DNA of 24,676 nucleotides from Fonticula alba ATCC 38817 (Eukaryota; Protista; Nucleariida). A program made the translations under genes and the position numbers. This document shows, one piece after another, positions 20,593 through 24,676 of this stretch (its first letter is position 1; every line of letters begins with the position of its first letter). Under the pieces are notes generated by a model that saw only the letters and a program-made list of their open reading frames with translations, was not told the origin of the DNA and ran no database searches. The DNA is taken from assembly GCA_000388065.2 (NCBI GenBank), contig KB932204.1; one strand, given 5' to 3'.

Positions 20593-21347
20593 CTGCCGTT
20601 GCTGCCGTTGCTGCTGCTGCTGCTGCTGCCGTTGCTGCTGCTGCTGCTGTTCTTGGTCGTGGTGGTGGGCGGGTCACTTCCCACGGGCATGCATGAGTGG
20701 CCTCGCTAACCGACTTTGGCCGCTTATCCCTCGCTGCCCGTTGCTCTGCCGGCTGGACATGGTGCCGCGCGCAGAATCGTGGTTGTCGGCATCACCGGCG
20801 ACGCGAGGCAGCTGGACGAGGCGGTCATTCGGCCCGGGCGTCTGGGCCATCACATTTTGGTCCCGGCGCCGGACCGTGCCGCGCGGGCTGGTGCGTGTCG
20901 GCGGGGCGGTGTTCTTTGGGGGTTGCCGGCTGCCCGGGCATGCGTGGGGATTACTGACTTCGCTGTGGGCAATGGGCGGCCTGGTGCGGCCGGGGCAGCC
21001 GTCATCCGGCTGTGCATGGCCCGCACGCCGGTCGAGTCGGGCGACGACCTGCTGGTGGATTCGCTGGCCGCCGCGACCCGGGGCTGGTCCCCGGCGGACC
21101 TCAACAGTGCGTTGGCGGTGCTGCCTGCCCTTCCTCCCTTTCTTGGACACCTGCCCGTTTGTGTGGTGGCGCATGCTGACCCTGCGGCCGGTGGGGTGCC
21201 TCTGCCCGGGCAGACCTCTTCAATGAAGCGGCCCTGGCGGCCCTGCGCGAGAGCATCGACACGGCCGCCGTGCCGGTGGCCACGCTGTGGCAGTGCGTGC
21301 GCGAGGGGGGCCCCTCGCTGCCGCGCGATGCCTGGCCGCCGACCTAG
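18841..21347 (+). CDS. Double-AAA (D1+D2) ATPase of the CDC48/AFG2 (SPATA5/SPATA5L1-like) clade with degenerate catalytic motifs, 5 exons, about 612 aa
   Basis: Exons: 18841(or 18793)-19063, 19241-20498, 20775-20890, 20999-21106, 21214-21347 (TAG), totalling 1839 nt with phases consistent. D1 Walker A is rebuilt across intron 1 (HGLP|GTGKS). D2 Walker A is HGPSGCGKT. Other motifs: LLTEMDG, LDEAVIRPGRL, TRGWSPADLN|NLFNEAALAALRE. The exact orthologue cannot be assigned without a tree. Confidence 0.85.
20510..20650. repeat. (GTT)n grading into (GCT)n trinucleotide repeat in AAA intron 2
   Basis: Lies between the donor GTACGT at 20499 and the branch-like GCTAAC at about 20705. Confidence 0.92.
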
Positions 21348-21391
21348 GCCGCCTGCATGGGGGAATACGAAAGCCACTTGCCGGCTACTTC

Positions 21392-21392
<1 letters not shown>

Positions 21393-21432
<40 letters not shown>

Positions 21433-21571
21433 GTGTGTGTGTGTGTGTGTATGTATGTGTGTGTGTGTGTATGTATGTATGTGTGTGTGTGTGTGTTTGC
21501 GTGCATGCGTGCATGCGTGCGTGTGTGTATGCGTGTGTGTATGCGTGCATGCGTGCGTGTGTGTATGCATA
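21393..21571. repeat. (TG)n/(TATG)n/(TGCG)n alternating purine-pyrimidine tract between the convergent AAA and SCC3 3' ends
   Basis: About 180 nt of RY alternation with a single break near 21497. Confidence 0.93.
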
Positions 21572-21637
21572 GGTGGTGTATTTTTCTTCTTTTTTTTCTC
21601 GGCCGCCCCATCCCGGGGCACGCGCGGGTCAGGCCGG

Positions 21638-24630
21638 TCAAGCGGTTTGGAAGTGTGCGCCGGCGCGACCGGCCAGGCCGCGCAGGAAGGCTCCGTAGTC
21701 CACCCAGCGCGGGTCATCCGGAGAGGGGTCCAGGGTGACGGTCTCCGGGGCGCCGGTTTCCGGGTGGGCTGCGGTGACGGCGGACTCGATGACGATGCGA
21801 TCGGTTTGCTCGAGCCTGAGGGGGGGGGGGGGGGGGTGCGCGCGCGTGCGTCAGAGAGGGAAGGGGGAGGGATGCGATGCGATGCGATGCGATGCGATGC
21901 GATGCGATGCGATGCGATGCGATGCGATGCGATGCGATGCGATGCGATAGGATGCGTGCGTGCCGCGGGGCGGGCGGGTGAGAATGAGGGAAAGGCAGGC
22001 CGGCAGGGGGAGGGCACACGCACAGGGCATTGGCTTCGGTCGGGTCCAGCATCGGGGTCAGGTGCTCCAGGATGCGGAAGGTGCCGAGGGCGCGCGTCAG
22101 CCGGTCGGCGTCGCCATGCAGCGCGGCGTCCAGAGCCGCGCGGCAGATCCACGCGGTGAGGTGCTCGAACAGCGGCACCGCCGAGGGCAGGTCGTCCGGC
22201 GGGTCGGCGGGCAGCTGGCCCGGCGGGTCATCGGCGAACTCCACCCGGTCGGCGGCCAGCCGGTGGAGGTGCCGGACCAGGGAGCACACGCCGCGCATGT
22301 AGGTCAGGGTCCGCTGGTGGCCATCCATATACGAGGCGAGGGACTGGATGGCGGCCGGGGGGGGGGGGGGGGGCGAGGGGGGATGCCCGTCAGCGAGCGC
22401 CAGCTGGCAGAGGCGGGCAGGGGGGAGGGAGGCGGGCGAGGAGGACCGGCCCCGGGCGGGAGGAGGCACCTTGACCAACAGCGGAAAGGCAATGTGAAGG
22501 AAGGCCGGGCTGGAGGCGATGGCCGGGGCCGCGTAGCCGAAGGCATCGCACAGCAGCAGCGAACATGTCTCCGGCATGGGCAGCGAGGACAGCAGGGCCA
22601 CGGTCAGCAGGCGCGTCCGGTCGGCCGGGCGCCGGAGGAGACACAGTCGGCAGAAGGCCGCCAGGGCGGTCTCGCGATCTGGAGCGCCGCGCCCCGGGGG
22701 CGAGGAGAGCGAGGAGAGCGAGGAGCGACAAGCACGAGAGAGAGAGAGAGAGAGAGAGGGCACGTTAGCCCAGAGAGAGGGAGAGGTGGAGGCGGGGGGC
22801 AGAGCGGAGCGAAAGGGGGCGGGGGCCGGGGAGCGAGGCGGCACGCCCGGAGGGGGTGGGGCGAAGGCCCGGGCGCGAGGGGCGTGACGCACCGGGCACA
22901 GGCACGCTCGGGTCCACCAGGTAGGCGGCTATCCATTGGCCGAAGGAGGCCAGCATGTCGTCCGGCATGGTGGGCAGCTGGCCGCCGGGGGGCAGACTCT
23001 CAAAGACGCAGAGCAAATCGCACAGGGACCCGAAGGTGGCACCCTGCACATGGGCCGAGGCGCCCTCCTCGAGGAGGATCTCGGCCAGCTCGGTCCACCG
23101 GGAAAAGGTCCGGGCCACGGTGCCGGTGGGCTCGTCGGCCTCGGCCGCGGCGGCCAGTAGCAGCAGCATGCACAGGGCCCCGAGGCCGGCCATCAGGGCC
23201 CCCCCCGCCGGGCCGGGGGCCCCGCTGCCGGTGGCCACCCGGCGGACATGGATCCCATGCAGGGCACGCGTCAGGTCCAGGGCCCGGTCCAGCAGGTCCT
23301 CCAGCAGGGTGCCGGCCGCCAGCGGGCGGACCACCTCGCACAGGGGGCTGGCCGCGCGGTGGAGCAGCCCATAGGGGGCCCGGTACTCCGAGGGCAGGTC
23401 CACGGCCAGCAGGGCCTCCAGGTGTCGGGCCTGCCGGCCGAGGGCGTCCTCGTGCCCGGGGTCGGCCGGGGCCTCGGCCGAGGAGGCAAGCGCCTCGGCC
23501 AGGGCCCGGTGCAGGCCGGCCAGGCTGGCGGCGTGGCGCCGGCGCAAGGCCGGCCCGGCGGCCAGGCGGTCCAGCCCCCCGGCGAAGATCTGCCGCAAGG
23601 TCCGGGCCAGCGGCCGGAAGAGGCCGGGCCCCGGGCCGGCCGGCACCGGGCACACCTCCAGCTGCTCGTAGCAGGCCAGGGCCAGGTGCTCGGTGGGCGA
23701 GGCGGCCCCCGGCTCAGGGCCCTCCGAGGGGGCCGGCCCGTCCGAGCCCGGGGCGCTGCCGGCCGCGCGATCCAGCGCCACCAGGTCCAGGCACCCGGCC
23801 AGGTCCAGCAGCCAGGGCAGCGTGTCGGGCTCCGGGGCGAAGAGGCGGATCAGCGCGCCGAAGGCCGGGGCCAGGGCTTCGGCCAGGCCGGCCGGGGTGG
23901 CCCAGGTGTCGGGGCGCCCGGCGGCCGGGCTGCCCGCGGCCGGGGCGTCAGGCGGGGGGGTGGCCGGGCGGTCGGGCGCGCGCGCCAGGCGCTGCTGCAG
24001 CGGCTCGACCGGGCTCCAGGGCGCCGGCCCGGCCGGGTCCAGACCGAGGCACCGGCGCGCGGAGGCCAGCAACACCGCCAGGCCGGCCCGGCGCTCGGGA
24101 TCCGTCAGGCGGAGCAGCGGGCTGGCGGCCCCGGTGGCCGGGGCGCCGGCCAGCAGCCGGGCCGCGACGCTGTTGCCGGGGCGCCGCGCGGAGCCGGCGG
24201 GCGCCCCGGCGGCCAGGCCCTGGCGGACCAGGGCCCCGGCCAGGGGCCCCGGCTGGCGCAGCCCCACCAGGTCGGCCCACAGACAGTCGACCAGGCGCGC
24301 CGCGCGGGCCACGTCCACCCCCTCGGGGCCGAGGAGCACCAGCAGCCAGCAGGCGCGCTTGAGGTCGCGCGCGTGGGCGTCCGGGTCGGTGGCCGCGCGG
24401 GCCAGGGCGACGGTCAGCTGGCGCGCGCGAGCCCCGGTCGACAGGGAGCGCGGTGCGGCAGACCCGGCCGGGGCCGCGCCCGACCCGGGCTGCCGCCGGG
24501 CAATGTACTCCGCCACGAAGGGGCCGGCCGCCGCGCGGACGGGGCCCCGGTCGCCGAGGGCCAGCTCCAGCAGGGCATGCTCCTGCTCGGGGGACAGCAA
24601 GTCGTGGCTTTTGGGTGTGAGGGCGGTCAG
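21638..24630 (-). CDS. SCC3: Cohesin HEAT subunit Scc3/SA (STAG family), 3' part; the gene continues beyond the window end
   Basis: Exons on the minus strand: about 24630-22893, 22678-22470, 22343-22024, 21815-21638 (TGA), with phases consistent. Collinear STAG-like motifs (aligned from memory): LSPEQEHALLELALGDRGPVRAAAGPFV (cf. LSxEDCExVYxLVYxxxRPVAxAAGEFL), RLVDCLW (LVDSLW), LIRLFAPEPDTLPWLLDLAGCLDL (LLxKYxxDxEKVxNLLxxPxYFDL), TFGSLCDLLCVF (AFxxLCDLLMIF), RETALAAFCRL (RRNLLAAFCKL), and a terminal WVDYGAFL. Confidence 0.78.
21871..21945. repeat. (GATGC)15 pentanucleotide microsatellite in the last SCC3 intron
   Basis: Fifteen perfect copies counted. Confidence 0.95.
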
Positions 24631-24676
24631 CTTCGGCGAGGGGGGGCGGGGCGGGGCGGGGGACAAAGGGGCGGGG

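Noticed and set aside
20456-20700. Poly-Cys and CD/CV-repeat ORFs resembling metallothioneins (also at 12693-13139, 743-1345 and 21287-22159)
   Set aside because: They are alternative-frame translations of microsatellites.

Overview
This is GC-rich, intron-rich eukaryotic genomic DNA (draft assembly, five N-gaps), not prokaryotic. I traced GT-AG introns by hand and checked that reading phase is kept across each junction. That gives six protein-coding genes. (1) A partial mitochondrial intermediate peptidase-like M3A gene (-, runs off the window start). (2) A complete pentafunctional AROM gene (+, 18 exons, about 1,883 aa). (3) A SIZ/PIAS SUMO E3 ligase (-, SAP, PINIT-like, SP-RING, SIM). (4) A SKA1 kinetochore protein (-, 3' end in a gap). 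(5) A double-AAA ATPase of the CDC48/AFG2 clade with degenerate catalytic motifs (+). (6) The 3' part of a cohesin Scc3/STAG subunit (-). Most long ORFs in the supplied track are GC-shadow or intron read-through artefacts. The gene content and splice signals suggest a non-dikaryan opisthokont-like protist, possibly a Fonticula-like nucleariid; this is inference and unverified. I found no CRISPR array, mobile element or RNA gene, and no clearly new multi-gene system. The best leads are a probable pseudo-ATPase AAA subunit, a strongly shifted 5' splice-site code (GTGCGT, never +4A), a minisatellite whose last unit supplies a 3' splice site, an (SQ)13 tract in the SUMO ligase, and a compact group of chromosome-segregation-related genes.
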